Positions 44,500 to 54,216 of a DNA stretch of 64,000 bases are shown piece by piece. The position numbers were made by a program, and so were the translations under genes. The DNA is taken from positions 511 to 64,510 of the forward strand of contig DATJEN010000195.1 of the NCBI GenBank assembly GCA_035496575.1, in the 5' to 3' direction. Position 1 is the stretch's first letter; each line of letters begins with the position of its first letter. The notes under the pieces are model-generated. The model was not told the DNA's origin. It worked only from the letters and a program-made list of their open reading frames with translations, and ran no database searches. Source of the stretch: Pirellulales bacterium (GTDB lineage: Bacteria; Planctomycetota; Planctomycetia; Pirellulales; PALSA-1355).

Positions 44500-44734
44500 C
44501 GAAAGCTGCGGCTATCTAATAACTTAAGCTATCTAGTCAACGACACAGGCAGCTTGCGTCGCCGGGCGGCGCGATGTTTGCACCGTCAGGGGGTCGGGTT
44601 GCCCGCCCAAAAGACTGCCTAGGTTGTCTCGGATTCAGCCGTTTCAAATCCCATAAGCCTGCCGAATCAGGGCCTTGGTCGGCATGCAGCGGGAAACAAG
44701 CTGAGGCGCGGGCCAAGCGCACCGCGAGACATTC

Positions 44735-45367
44735 ATGCCGATCAAGTTGCTGATAGCCGACGACCACGAGGTCGTTCGTTCGGGCCTGAAGAGCCTGCTG
44801 TCGAGCACCGACATCAAGATCGTGGCCGAAGCCTCGACGGGAGAGCAAGCCGTACGACTGGCGCTCAAGAATGAGCCAGACGTCGTGCTCATGGACATCC
44901 GCATGCCCGAGGGGGATGGACTGAATGCCCTGGGGCGAATCAAGTTGGACCGGCCCGCAATGCCGATCCTGATGTTCTCAACGTACGACAATCCCACGTA
45001 CGTTGCGCGCGCCGTCGCCTTGGGCGCGAGTGGATTTCTACTCAAGGGAATCTCTGGCGAGAAATTGATCGAAGCCATTCGCGCCGCCGCGGCGGGTGAG
45101 ACCGCCTGGACGCGCGACGAGCTGCGGCGGGTCACCGGAGCGCTCGCCACTCCCCGGCTGGCGGCCGACGTCGAAGTGCCACTCACACAGCGCGAAAGTG
45201 AGGTCTTGCGCCAATTGGCGTTCGGACTCACCAATAAAGAGATCGCGCTGGCTCTGCACATCAGCTATGAGACGGTGAAGGAGCACGTGCAGCACATCTT
45301 GCGGAAGATCGGGGTCTCTGATCGCACGCAGGCCGCCGTGTGGGCCGTGCGCAAGGGTCTCGTATAA
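44735..45367 (+). CDS. NarL/FixJ-family response regulator (REC + LuxR HTH)
   Basis: IKLLIADDHEVVRSGL, VVLMDIRMPEGDG (phospho-Asp context) and LTQRESEVLRQLAFGLTNKEIA..L.IS..TVK.H. Confidence 0.9.
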   Translation: MPIKLLIADDHEVVRSGLKSLLSSTDIKIVAEASTGEQAVRLALKNEPDVVLMDIRMPEGDGLNALGRIKLDRPAMPILMFSTYDNPTYVARAVALGASGFLLKGISGEKLIEAIRAAAAGETAWTRDELRRVTGALATPRLAADVEVPLTQRESEVLRQLAFGLTNKEIALALHISYETVKEHVQHILRKIGVSDRTQAAVWAVRKGLV

Positions 45368-45403
45368 ATCGCGCGCGGGGCTCCTGGAACGGCTCGCACT
45401 GCG

Positions 45404-46849
45404 ATGCCGGCGATTAGGCCAATTGCCGAGCGTCATGCCCGCCACGATAATGCCCAGACAGTCGTGTTCCATTTGGAAATCTGTCGGCGGCCTGTCGTGG
45501 CAAAATCAACCGATATCCACATCTGCTCCGCCACTGCGCGCACCGAGACAATTGGCTACCGAACCCTGATGAAGTTCGGCGGCCGAGTCGTCACGGATGC
45601 CATGTTGTTGGAAGTTGAAGTTGAAGTGGAATCGCGCTCGGGCACTCGCGCGACCGGCGCCGGGTCGATGCCCGTGGGGAACGCTTGGGCCTGGCCTAGT
45701 GCCCGCATCAGCTCGACCGAAACGCTGGCCGCTATGCGCCAATTCGGCGAGGCAGCCGTGCTGCAGGCGAACGAGTACAAAGATTTCGGTCACCCACTCG
45801 ATTTGACCAAAGCCCTCGAGCGCGGGCATGAGCGGATCGCCGTCGATGTCGCCAAACGAGCTGGCCTGGTCGAGCCCATGCCGCGGCTCGCACAGCTCGT
45901 CGCCGCGAGTCCGCTGGAAGCAGCCATACACGATGCCTTCGGCAAGGTACACGGGCGAAACTCTTACAACCTGCTTGGACCCGAATGGGTGAGCGCCGAC
46001 CTGGGGCACTATCTCTCGCCTGACTTTCAGGGTGAGTATTTGGATCGATACACGCTGAGGCAGCCCAAGGCTCGCATGCCGCTCTATCACCTGGTTGGAG
46101 CGCTCGATCCTCTCGAGCCGGCGGACGTTCGCGAGCCGGTGGGCGACGGCTTGCCCGAGACGCTTGGCGATTGGATCCTTGCCGACGAGCTAACGCATCT
46201 GAAAATCAAACTCGCCGGCGATGATCTGGCCTGGGATGTCCAGCGAGTGGTGTCCGTCGAGCGCGCGGCAGCCGCCACACAACAGAAGCGAGGTTGTCGC
46301 CAGTGGCACTACTCGCTCGACTTCAACGAAAAATGCCAGAACGTCGAGTACATTCTCGATTTTCTGGGCCAGGTAAAGGAGCGCGCCCCGACGGCATTCG
46401 ACCGCGTGCAATATATCGAGCAGCCCACGCATCGCGATCTCGCGGCCCATCCCGAAAACCGAATGCACGCGGCCGCCAAGATCAAGCCGGTGGTGATCGA
46501 CGAGTCGCTCGTCGATTTCGAAAGCCTGCTCCTGTGCCGCGAGCTGGGCTACACCGGCGTGGCCCTTAAGACGTGCAAAGGACATAGCGAGGCCCTGCTG
46601 ATGGGTGCTGCCGCGCAGAAGTTCGGCATGTTTCTATGCGTGCAGGACCTGACCTGCCCGGGCCGGTCCTTCCTGCACTCGGCGAGTTTGGCAGCGCGAC
46701 TGCCCACGGTTGCCGCTATCGAAGGCAACGCGCGTCAATACTGCCCGGCGGGAAACGACGGCTGGCGCGAGCGCTACCCCGGCATGTTTCGCGTGCAGAA
46801 TGGCACGATTGAGACCAGGCTATTGGCCGGCGTGGGCCTCGGATTCTGA
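45404..46849 (+). CDS. enolase-superfamily (mandelate racemase / muconate lactonizing enzyme-like) protein
   Basis: LKIKLAG (KxK), YIEQP and VVIDES metal-ligand contexts with barrel-domain spacing. The N-terminal boundary is uncertain (ATG 45404). Confidence 0.65.
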   Translation: MPAIRPIAERHARHDNAQTVVFHLEICRRPVVAKSTDIHICSATARTETIGYRTLMKFGGRVVTDAMLLEVEVEVESRSGTRATGAGSMPVGNAWAWPSARISSTETLAAMRQFGEAAVLQANEYKDFGHPLDLTKALERGHERIAVDVAKRAGLVEPMPRLAQLVAASPLEAAIHDAFGKVHGRNSYNLLGPEWVSADLGHYLSPDFQGEYLDRYTLRQPKARMPLYHLVGALDPLEPADVREPVGDGLPETLGDWILADELTHLKIKLAGDDLAWDVQRVVSVERAAAATQQKRGCRQWHYSLDFNEKCQNVEYILDFLGQVKERAPTAFDRVQYIEQPTHRDLAAHPENRMHAAAKIKPVVIDESLVDFESLLLCRELGYTGVALKTCKGHSEALLMGAAAQKFGMFLCVQDLTCPGRSFLHSASLAARLPTVAAIEGNARQYCPAGNDGWRERYPGMFRVQNGTIETRLLAGVGLGF

Positions 46850-46867
46850 AGGCGCGCGCCAGCGCGC

Positions 46868-47701
46868 TTACTTGATCCGGCAGTGCTCGAGCAGTTCGCC
46901 GGCCGCCATCACGTAGCTGACATAGAAGGGCCCGAACTCGGCGTAGCGTGCGCTCGCCTCATCGAACCGCATGCGGTAGACAATCTCTTTCAGGAATTCA
47001 GGATTGCGCGCCCAAAGCGTCACGCCCCATTCCCAGTCGTCGAAGCCCAGTGCGACGGTGATGAGCTGCGTGACCTTGCCTCCAAAAGTCATGCCCGTGC
47101 GGCCGTGCTCGGCCATCAAGCGGCTGCGCGCTTCAAAATCCAACAGAAACCAGTTTTCTCCCACTTTGCGCTTCTTGTTCATGGGATAGAAGCAAGTGGT
47201 GGGCCAGGGCGGAAAGTCGGGCGTCAGGCGTTGCCGGCGCATCATGGTTTCGCGGCTTTCGTACGCCTTCAGCTTGGCCTGGTAGGCGGGTCCCTGCGGA
47301 TTCTCGCCTTCTTCGACGAGCCGCTTGCCATACTGCTCGACGGTCGGCACGTATTCCGAAACTTCCGTGACCGAAACGAACGAATATGTTGGCACGAGCG
47401 CGCGACCTAGCGGCCCAGCCATCAATCGCTGATGCACGCTATCGATCACCAAGGGATCGGCGTCGAGCAGCATCAGGCCGAAATCCGCCTTGTGCCCGCT
47501 CACGGCCGAGACTTGCAACCGCGCCGGGACTCCGCTGCCGGCTGGGTCGAGTGTCGCGATAAATTGCTCGCGGCCTGCGGCCCGCTCGGCCGGCCCGAGT
47601 TGCTCGAGCGCCTGCCGATCGAAGCGGTAAAACAAGTGGCTGCAATGCCACCCTTCACTGGGCTTTAGCGACACTTCCGCATCTGCAGGCGCACGACTCA
47701 T
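46868..47701 (-). CDS. chlorite-dismutase-family heme protein (HemQ/ChdC-like)
   Basis: GWHCSHLFYRFD, FPPWPTTCFYPMNKKR..GENWF and the overall 277-aa ferredoxin-like duplication pattern of the Cld/HemQ family. Confidence 0.75.
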   Translation of the reverse strand: MSRAPADAEVSLKPSEGWHCSHLFYRFDRQALEQLGPAERAAGREQFIATLDPAGSGVPARLQVSAVSGHKADFGLMLLDADPLVIDSVHQRLMAGPLGRALVPTYSFVSVTEVSEYVPTVEQYGKRLVEEGENPQGPAYQAKLKAYESRETMMRRQRLTPDFPPWPTTCFYPMNKKRKVGENWFLLDFEARSRLMAEHGRTGMTFGGKVTQLITVALGFDDWEWGVTLWARNPEFLKEIVYRMRFDEASARYAEFGPFYVSYVMAAGELLEHCRIK

Positions 47702-47830
47702 CCGGCTGGGTCCTCGAGGCTACATGAGACGTGCGACCATGGGGTAGGAATAGCGATCGCACTAGCGTGCAATGATAGGGCACGCCCGCTGGGAATGGCA
47801 ACGGGCGGCGTCGAGTGCGCGGGCGGTGGA

Positions 47831-48304
47831 TCAACTCGCCGCCGCGGCCAGGTCGCCGGCAAGCCGCAGCAAGACCTCGCGCGTGACCTGTGCCGGAATC
47901 ACTTCGCGCACCTGGCCGGCGGGCCGCGAATAGCGAGTAAGAACGAGCTCTCCGCGTTTCGCGACCAGCAACTCGTAGTAAGTAGTGCGCTCCGGCGTCT
48001 TTTGAGGCGGGTTGGAGCGAAGCTGGACCACGTCCGCGTCGTGCTCGATCGGCCGAATCGGCTCGAGCAGGTAATTCAACTTCGCGGCCAGCGATTCGGC
48101 CAGCTTCTTGAGTTGATCGCCGCTGCGCGCCGCGAGCGCGGGGCTCTGCACGCTCAGAGTCGAGAAAGCGCAAGCCAAGGTGTCGAGCGCCACAAGTCGG
48201 CAGTTCAGAGAGACGCCGCCCGCGGAAGCTTCCAGCGTGTGTTCTCCGCTCGAAAACTGCGAGAGGACGGCCATTTCTTGTTCTAGTTTTGCAATGATGT
48301 TCAT
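47831..48304 (-). CDS. hypothetical protein translationally coupled to SpoVR
   Basis: Its ATG (48304..48302) overlaps the SpoVR stop TGA (48303..48301), giving ATGA. 157 aa, with normal composition and no recognisable family. Confidence 0.6.
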   Translation of the reverse strand: MNIIAKLEQEMAVLSQFSSGEHTLEASAGGVSLNCRLVALDTLACAFSTLSVQSPALAARSGDQLKKLAESLAAKLNYLLEPIRPIEHDADVVQLRSNPPQKTPERTTYYELLVAKRGELVLTRYSRPAGQVREVIPAQVTREVLLRLAGDLAAAAS

Positions 48305-49827
48305 GACTGCGCGTCTCCGCTCTTCTCGGTGGTGTGCTGGCTGCCGTCGTACGACAGGACGGTGCGCGTGCCATCCAACACGGTTTCAATGTGGATGGGG
48401 CGTCGCCACAGCCGATGCAAATTCACCAGCGTGTCCAGTGCATAGTTGGTCTTCAGTTCGACACCGCTGAAGCGATGTTCGAGGAATAGCTCGCCACGAT
48501 TCTTGTAGTTGCCGTCGCGCACGGCGATGATCGGCCGGCCGACGTTCGTCAAGCTGAACAGCAATTGCTGCTTCACCTTCGGAAACGCGCGGCTTTCAAT
48601 TTCGTACGCGTCGCTCGAGGGGTTGTAGCCGAAGGAAAACAGCTTGTACTCGCGGCAGAACTCGAGCGTCAAAAACTCATCGATGAACGTCAGATCATTG
48701 TGGATCTTGCGAACTTCGAAAATCTTTTCTCGCCCGAGTCCCGCCTTGGTGTCCCAATTAGATTTCTTGCCGCGGTCGTCGCACTCTTCGTATTCCTTGC
48801 CGAAGCGCCCCTTGTTCCAGCGATCTTCGATATCGCGGTAGAGCTCGATTCCAAGTTTGTACGGATTGAGCTTGTTGGGCGAAGTTGCCAGCGTGCCGGA
48901 GTGATGGTCGCAATAGTTGACGACGTCCCCCGGCTCCAGGCCCTGCCGCGTCATGATGGTCGAATGCCAATAGCTGGCCCAACCCTCGTTCATGATCTTG
49001 GTCTGCGCTTGCGGCGCGAAGTAATACGCCTCATCGCGAATAATCGAGAGCACGTCCAGTTGCCACGGCTGCAAGGGCGCGTTTTCGAGGATGAACAGCA
49101 TGACGTCCTGCATCGGCTCGGCCGGGAATTGCGCCTCCTTGTCTTTTTCCTGGCGGCGCCGCTCCAATTCGGCCTCCAGCACGTGCGGAGGATTGACGTA
49201 CGGATCCATGTAGTGCTTGGACTCGAAGCGGCCGGCCGTGGGCGGCTCGTTGACGTGGTCGGCTCCCCGATTGAAGTCGTACTTGTTGCGGTCTTCGAAT
49301 CGCTTCACGAACGGCGAATGGATGTCGATCAAGTCCTCGATGCTCAGGCAGGCGTCGATGAAGACTTCGACCTCTTCGACTCCGAACCGGTCCATGTACC
49401 GTCGGATGCGATTGCCGTGATTAGCCATCTCGTCCATCATCTTGCGGTCGGTCTGGCTGAACCAATAGTTGTTCTTGAAGAAGTCGCAATGACCGTACAC
49501 GAGCGCCATCACCAGCTTTTGGTCGACCTGGCCGTTGGAGCGCATCAGGTACGCATAGCAAGGATTGTTGTTGATGACGAGCTCGTAGATTTTCTGCAGC
49601 CCGTAGGTGTATCCCTTGGAGAGCTGCTCGTACTCCATGCCGAAGCGCCAGTGCGGATAGCGCGTCGGGAAGCCGCCGTACGCGGCGACCGCGTTTAGCT
49701 GGTCGGCATCGACGAGTTCGAAAACGGTCGGATAGAAATCCAACTTGTAATCGCGCGCATAGCCCTCGATGCGGCGCTGGATGTCTGCCAGATCGGCCGG
49801 CAGCGGTTCGAACCCGATGGTTGCCAT
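48301..49827 (-). CDS. SpoVR/YcgB-family protein
   Basis: DFYPTVFELVDADQLNAVAAYGGFPTRYPHWRFGMEYE...YELVINNNPCYAYL is the canonical SpoVR N-terminus. 508 aa. Confidence 0.92.
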   Translation of the reverse strand: MATIGFEPLPADLADIQRRIEGYARDYKLDFYPTVFELVDADQLNAVAAYGGFPTRYPHWRFGMEYEQLSKGYTYGLQKIYELVINNNPCYAYLMRSNGQVDQKLVMALVYGHCDFFKNNYWFSQTDRKMMDEMANHGNRIRRYMDRFGVEEVEVFIDACLSIEDLIDIHSPFVKRFEDRNKYDFNRGADHVNEPPTAGRFESKHYMDPYVNPPHVLEAELERRRQEKDKEAQFPAEPMQDVMLFILENAPLQPWQLDVLSIIRDEAYYFAPQAQTKIMNEGWASYWHSTIMTRQGLEPGDVVNYCDHHSGTLATSPNKLNPYKLGIELYRDIEDRWNKGRFGKEYEECDDRGKKSNWDTKAGLGREKIFEVRKIHNDLTFIDEFLTLEFCREYKLFSFGYNPSSDAYEIESRAFPKVKQQLLFSLTNVGRPIIAVRDGNYKNRGELFLEHRFSGVELKTNYALDTLVNLHRLWRRPIHIETVLDGTRTVLSYDGSQHTTEKSGDAQS

Positions 49828-49834
49828 GTCGCCC

Positions 49835-50938
49835 TTACACTCCCTTGCCTAGGAATTTCTTGAGACAAGGGTAAATCGCTTCTTTGTTTTCGATCTCCGC
49901 CAGCACCAGCTTGGGCGAGCCTTCCGCAAAACCATGCTCGAGCGAGCGGATGTACTCGCCGCTGCCATAGGGGCTTTCCACCTGCCCGTAGCAAAACAGG
50001 TTGACTTGCGGCAGCAGGCCTTCGCGCAAAAGCTGCAGACTTTTTTCGTTGTCCTCTCCCCAGTTGTCGCCGTCCGAGAACTGGAAGCAATAAACGTTCC
50101 ATTCGCTGGGGGGAAACTGGCGAGTAATCAAGTCGGCGCACACGTGGTAAGCAGAGCTGATCCGCGTCCCGCCGCTTTCGCGCGTGTGGTAGAAGGTTTC
50201 CTCGTCAACTTCCTTGGCGGCCGCGTCGTGGATGATGTACCGCCGCTCGACTCCGACGTATTGGCTGCGCAGCCAGGTATCGAGCCAAAACGAAGCTGTC
50301 CGCACGATGGCTTTCTGCTCGTCGGTCATCGAGCCGGACACGTCCATCATGTAGATCAATACCGCGTTGGCTTCCGGCAGATCGATCTCGCTCCAAGCCC
50401 GGTAGCGCTTGTCGTCTCGGATCGGGACGATGCGCGGCCGGTCGGGCACGTAGCTGCTGGACGAGATTTGCCGCCGCAGGGCTTCCATGTACGTGCGTTT
50501 GAAATGCCGGAGCGACTCGGGGCCGCTGCGGCGGATGCTTGAATAGCGAGCCTTGCGATGCTCGATATTGGCCTTGCCCTTGGGCTCGATGCGAGGCAGC
50601 TCGAGCTCTTCGCCCAGGATGACGGCCAACTCCTCGAGCGAGACGTCGACCTCGAGGATGTGGGCGCCGGGATCGGAGCCCGCCTGCCCGGTGCCATCGG
50701 AGGAATCGCCCGCGGAACCGATGGGAGTGCCTTCCTCGCCATCGCCCTGGCCGACGCCGCCCGAGCCGTTCTTGCCGTAGCGGAAGTGCGGGACATCCAG
50801 TTGCGGGAGAGGAATGCTGACCAGATCGCGACCTTTGCGGCCGATCAGCTCGCCGTGCGTCACATACTTCCGCAGATTCTGGCGAATCTTGCCCCGCACG
50901 ATCTGCTTAAAGCGGGACAAGTCGTGCTCGATTCTCAT
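49835..50938 (-). CDS. YeaH/YhbH-family (DUF444, vWA-like) protein
   Basis: [20 protein letters not shown]...[12 protein letters not shown] and [12 protein letters not shown] (a vWA MIDAS-like motif). Confidence 0.9.
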   Translation of the reverse strand: MRIEHDLSRFKQIVRGKIRQNLRKYVTHGELIGRKGRDLVSIPLPQLDVPHFRYGKNGSGGVGQGDGEEGTPIGSAGDSSDGTGQAGSDPGAHILEVDVSLEELAVILGEELELPRIEPKGKANIEHRKARYSSIRRSGPESLRHFKRTYMEALRRQISSSSYVPDRPRIVPIRDDKRYRAWSEIDLPEANAVLIYMMDVSGSMTDEQKAIVRTASFWLDTWLRSQYVGVERRYIIHDAAAKEVDEETFYHTRESGGTRISSAYHVCADLITRQFPPSEWNVYCFQFSDGDNWGEDNEKSLQLLREGLLPQVNLFCYGQVESPYGSGEYIRSLEHGFAEGSPKLVLAEIENKEAIYPCLKKFLGKGV

Positions 50939-51061
50939 GAGCCCCTTCCCCGTACGTCGTTCGCGCTCTCGGTGCTATCGGCGGCGCTAAGGTTGCTTGG
51001 CGTCGCCGCGAGCAAAGATGCTGGCCACGTAGTTCAGCTCGTCCGACGCGCTCTCGTCGTC

Positions 51062-53026
51062 TTATCCGTAGTCGCGGATCAAGCGATGCTTGACCACGTC
51101 GATTTTTGCTTGCGTGTCCGCGTCAACCACCTTCGAAACCAGGCTGGTCAACTTGATGGAGTCTTTCTGGTCTTCAAACAGTTTGAGCTCGAGCGCCTTG
51201 TACAGCCGTTCGTTCGTCTTGTAGTTGAAGGTGCGGCCGTCGATCGACAAGGCGCCGATGTAGTTCATGATTTCGCGGCGGAAATCGTCTTTGCGGCTTT
51301 CTGGAATATCGATCTTCTGCTCGATCGAGCGCATCAGTCGTTCGTCGGGCTCTTGATACTGGCCCGTGAAGCTGTTTTTGACCTTTTCGCGCTGCGTATA
51401 GGCTTTGACGTTGTCGATATAGTTGCCGCATAGGCGTTTCAGCGCGTCGTCGTCGGCCGCGATCGCGCGTTGGACTTCGTTCTTCACGATGTTTTCGTAC
51501 TCCTCTTTCACCACGCCCAACAGCTCGCGGTACTTGGTCCGTTGCTCGTCGCTGGTGATCAGCGTGTGGTGTTTCAAGCCGGCGTCGAGCTCGTTGAGCA
51601 CCATGAAGGGGTTGATTGACTTGGAATCGGGGTGCGCAACCAGCGCGTTTGAGATCTTGTCCTGCACATAGCGGGGCGAAATGCCGTGCATGCCCTCGTT
51701 CGTGGTTTGCTCGCGCAGTTCCTTGATGTTGTCTTCGGTGAAGCCCGGCAAAGTTTTGCCGTTGTAGAGCTTGAGTTTTTGCAGCAGGCTCAACCCCGCG
51801 TTCTTGGGTTCTTCCAGCCGCGTCAAGATGGCCCACATGGCCGCCATTTCAATGGTGTGCGGGGCAATGTGCTTGCCGAGCACGGTCTGACGGTTGTAGT
51901 CCTTCTCGTAGATCTTGATTTCGTCCGCCAAGACCGTGACATACGGAACGTCGATACGCACCGTGCGGTCGCGCAGAGCTTCCATGAACTCGTTGCCCTG
52001 CAGTCGGCGATATTCCGGCTCGTTCGTATGACCCAAAATGACTTCGTCGATATCGGTCTGCGCGAACTTCTTGGGTTTCACCTTGTGTTCCTGGCTGGCG
52101 CCCAGCAGGTCGTACAAGAACGCCACGTCGAGCTTGAGCACCTCCACGAATTCGATGACGCCACGGTTGGCGATATTGAACTCGCCGTCGAAATTGAACG
52201 CGCGCGGATCGCTATCGCTGCCGTACTCGGCGATCTTGCGGTAATTGATGTCGCCCGTCAGCTCCGTGGAATCCTGGTTCTTTTCGTCCTTCGGCTGGAA
52301 CGTGCCGATGCCGATGCGATCCTTCTCGCTCAAGATCAAGCGCTTCACGCGCACATCCTGGATGACGCGCGTCCAGTCGCCTTCGTATTGCCGCAACAGG
52401 TCGCTGTACACGTAACGGCAGAACGGGCAGAGCTCGCCGCGAACCTTGACCCGGTACTCGTCCGCCGCGATATCGGCATTCAAGCCATCCAAAACGTCCT
52501 TGCGAAAGCGCTCCGGGATCATGTGCAGCGGCTCTTCGTTCATCGGGCACCACTGCACGCCGTCGCCGGTGGCCCAGCCGAGCGAATAAAGCGCGCCGGC
52601 GTCTTTGGCGCTATAGCGCTCCAGGCCCTTTTTGAGCAATCGGGCAATCGTGCTCTTGCTGCTCCCCACCGGGCCATGCAGCAGCAGCACGCGTTTTTCA
52701 ATGCCATAGCCTTGGGCGGCGCTCTTGAAGGCGTTCACCAAGGACCATAGGGGCGCATCCAGCCCGAAGACGGCGTCGCGGCCGTGGTCCTCGGGATCGG
52801 TGAAGAAAACATAGCGGACGCGGCGTTCGCGGAGTTCTTCGTAGGTCTCGATACCGTAGGCGGTAATCATGTCGTACACGCGCTCAAAGGCATTGCGCGT
52901 GACGCGTGGATTGGCGCGCACGATGTCCAAGTATTCTTCGAAGGTGCCTTCCCAGTTCTTGCGCCGAAATTGATCGAGATCCTGGCGCTTGGCTACGAGC
53001 GAAATGATCTCTCGTCCGCTCAGCAT
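51062..53026 (-). CDS. prkA: PrkA-family serine protein kinase (YeaG-like AAA+/kinase)
   Basis: Trimmed to the ATG at 53026, with GGAGGA 6 nt upstream. Contains [19 protein letters not shown] (Walker A), [15 protein letters not shown], and the conserved C-terminal PrkA domain. Confidence 0.92.
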   Translation of the reverse strand: MLSGREIISLVAKRQDLDQFRRKNWEGTFEEYLDIVRANPRVTRNAFERVYDMITAYGIETYEELRERRVRYVFFTDPEDHGRDAVFGLDAPLWSLVNAFKSAAQGYGIEKRVLLLHGPVGSSKSTIARLLKKGLERYSAKDAGALYSLGWATGDGVQWCPMNEEPLHMIPERFRKDVLDGLNADIAADEYRVKVRGELCPFCRYVYSDLLRQYEGDWTRVIQDVRVKRLILSEKDRIGIGTFQPKDEKNQDSTELTGDINYRKIAEYGSDSDPRAFNFDGEFNIANRGVIEFVEVLKLDVAFLYDLLGASQEHKVKPKKFAQTDIDEVILGHTNEPEYRRLQGNEFMEALRDRTVRIDVPYVTVLADEIKIYEKDYNRQTVLGKHIAPHTIEMAAMWAILTRLEEPKNAGLSLLQKLKLYNGKTLPGFTEDNIKELREQTTNEGMHGISPRYVQDKISNALVAHPDSKSINPFMVLNELDAGLKHHTLITSDEQRTKYRELLGVVKEEYENIVKNEVQRAIAADDDALKRLCGNYIDNVKAYTQREKVKNSFTGQYQEPDERLMRSIEQKIDIPESRKDDFRREIMNYIGALSIDGRTFNYKTNERLYKALELKLFEDQKDSIKLTSLVSKVVDADTQAKIDVVKHRLIRDYG

Positions 53027-53693
53027 AAGTCGTCCTCCGCGGGGCAAAGGCCCGAGTGCACGCCGCTTTGCCTTGACCGGCCCCTGACCGTCAGGAAGCC
53101 GGAGCAAGGAACTCGTCCTCTTGCGAGGATTCGCCCTAGTGTTAGTTGCCGCCGGCCTGGCCTCCGTTTCCAATGTCTCCCCTCGGTCTACACCCCGGAC
53201 GGGGCGCGCGTTGCGGGCGCGCTACAGGTGGGGTCATATCGACCGCGCACGGTTCGATGCGCGCAGCGGCAAACGCCACTGGCTATCAACACGTGAGCGA
53301 GACGGAGAGAATTGGAAAAGAACGCGCTAGGCGAGGCGGGCAGCAGCTAATCTCGTCATCAGCTTGAAAATCGAACGTCCGACCTCCCTGTTCGAACCGT
53401 CCTGGGCTGTCATCTCCAAGTATGCTTCGTAATTCGAGTCCCTTCAATATCGATTCCAAGCCAAGTCGCGACGTCTGGCTGAATTCCGCGAAATCGATAT
53501 GCAAACCGAATGCCGAGATTTCAGATCGAAGCGAAGGCGCCCGAATTGTCGCAATCTCGGAATGATTTGAAAGCGCGGCCCAGGTTGCATCCCCGTTTGA
53601 ACGAGCTTTGTCCGTAGCCCTTCCAGGTTCGTGACTTTCTGCGGGCCAATACGCCCGCAACTCGACCAATTTCGGCCGAACAGCAAGCGCGAG

Positions 53694-54080
53694 CTAGCTG
53701 AGCAACCGCTTGACGCTCTCCATCAAGCGGTCCATGGCGAATGGCTTGCGAATGTAGTCATCAACGCCCAGCATTTCAGCATAAGCCTTGTGACGGCTGC
53801 CTTCGTTGGCAGTAATCATGATGACGCGCAAGGGCACGGGCCGGCTGCGGCGGAGCTTCTCCAAAACCAGAAAACCGCTGCGCTTGGGCATCATCATGTC
53901 GAGAATCACGAGATCGGGATCTTCCCGCTCGGCCATCGACAAGCCCTGGTTGCCATCGCGCGCGATCAGGACCTCATATCCACTTGCTTCCAGCGCAAAG
54001 CGAACCGACTCGACAATCTCATGGTCGTCATCAACCAGCAAAATGCGCTGTCGCTTGCCTGCCGGTTTATCCTCTGCCAT
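53694..54080 (-). CDS. stand-alone CheY-like response-regulator receiver domain
   Basis: Trimmed to the ATG at 54080. Contains ILLVDDDHEIV, DLVILDMMMPKRSG and VIMITA...DDYIRKPF. 128 aa with no output domain. Confidence 0.88.
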   Translation of the reverse strand: MAEDKPAGKRQRILLVDDDHEIVESVRFALEASGYEVLIARDGNQGLSMAEREDPDLVILDMMMPKRSGFLVLEKLRRSRPVPLRVIMITANEGSRHKAYAEMLGVDDYIRKPFAMDRLMESVKRLLS

Positions 54081-54216
54081 CACGACGCAATCCTCGGCTG
54101 ACACGAAGCACGGAGCCGGCATGGCCGCCGTGTATTACAATCCAAGTCTCCCAAGTATCCGGGATCGACTGGATTTTGCAAGGATGCTCGAGGCTTGAAT
54201 CGAACGGCGCCGGGTA

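Noticed and set aside
53286-53669. 127-aa ORF (minus strand) in the prkA upstream region, with fairly protein-like composition
   Set aside because: Its only start is TTG. It has no internal Met, no SD and no recognisable family. It is treated as non-coding leader and reported as a finding instead.
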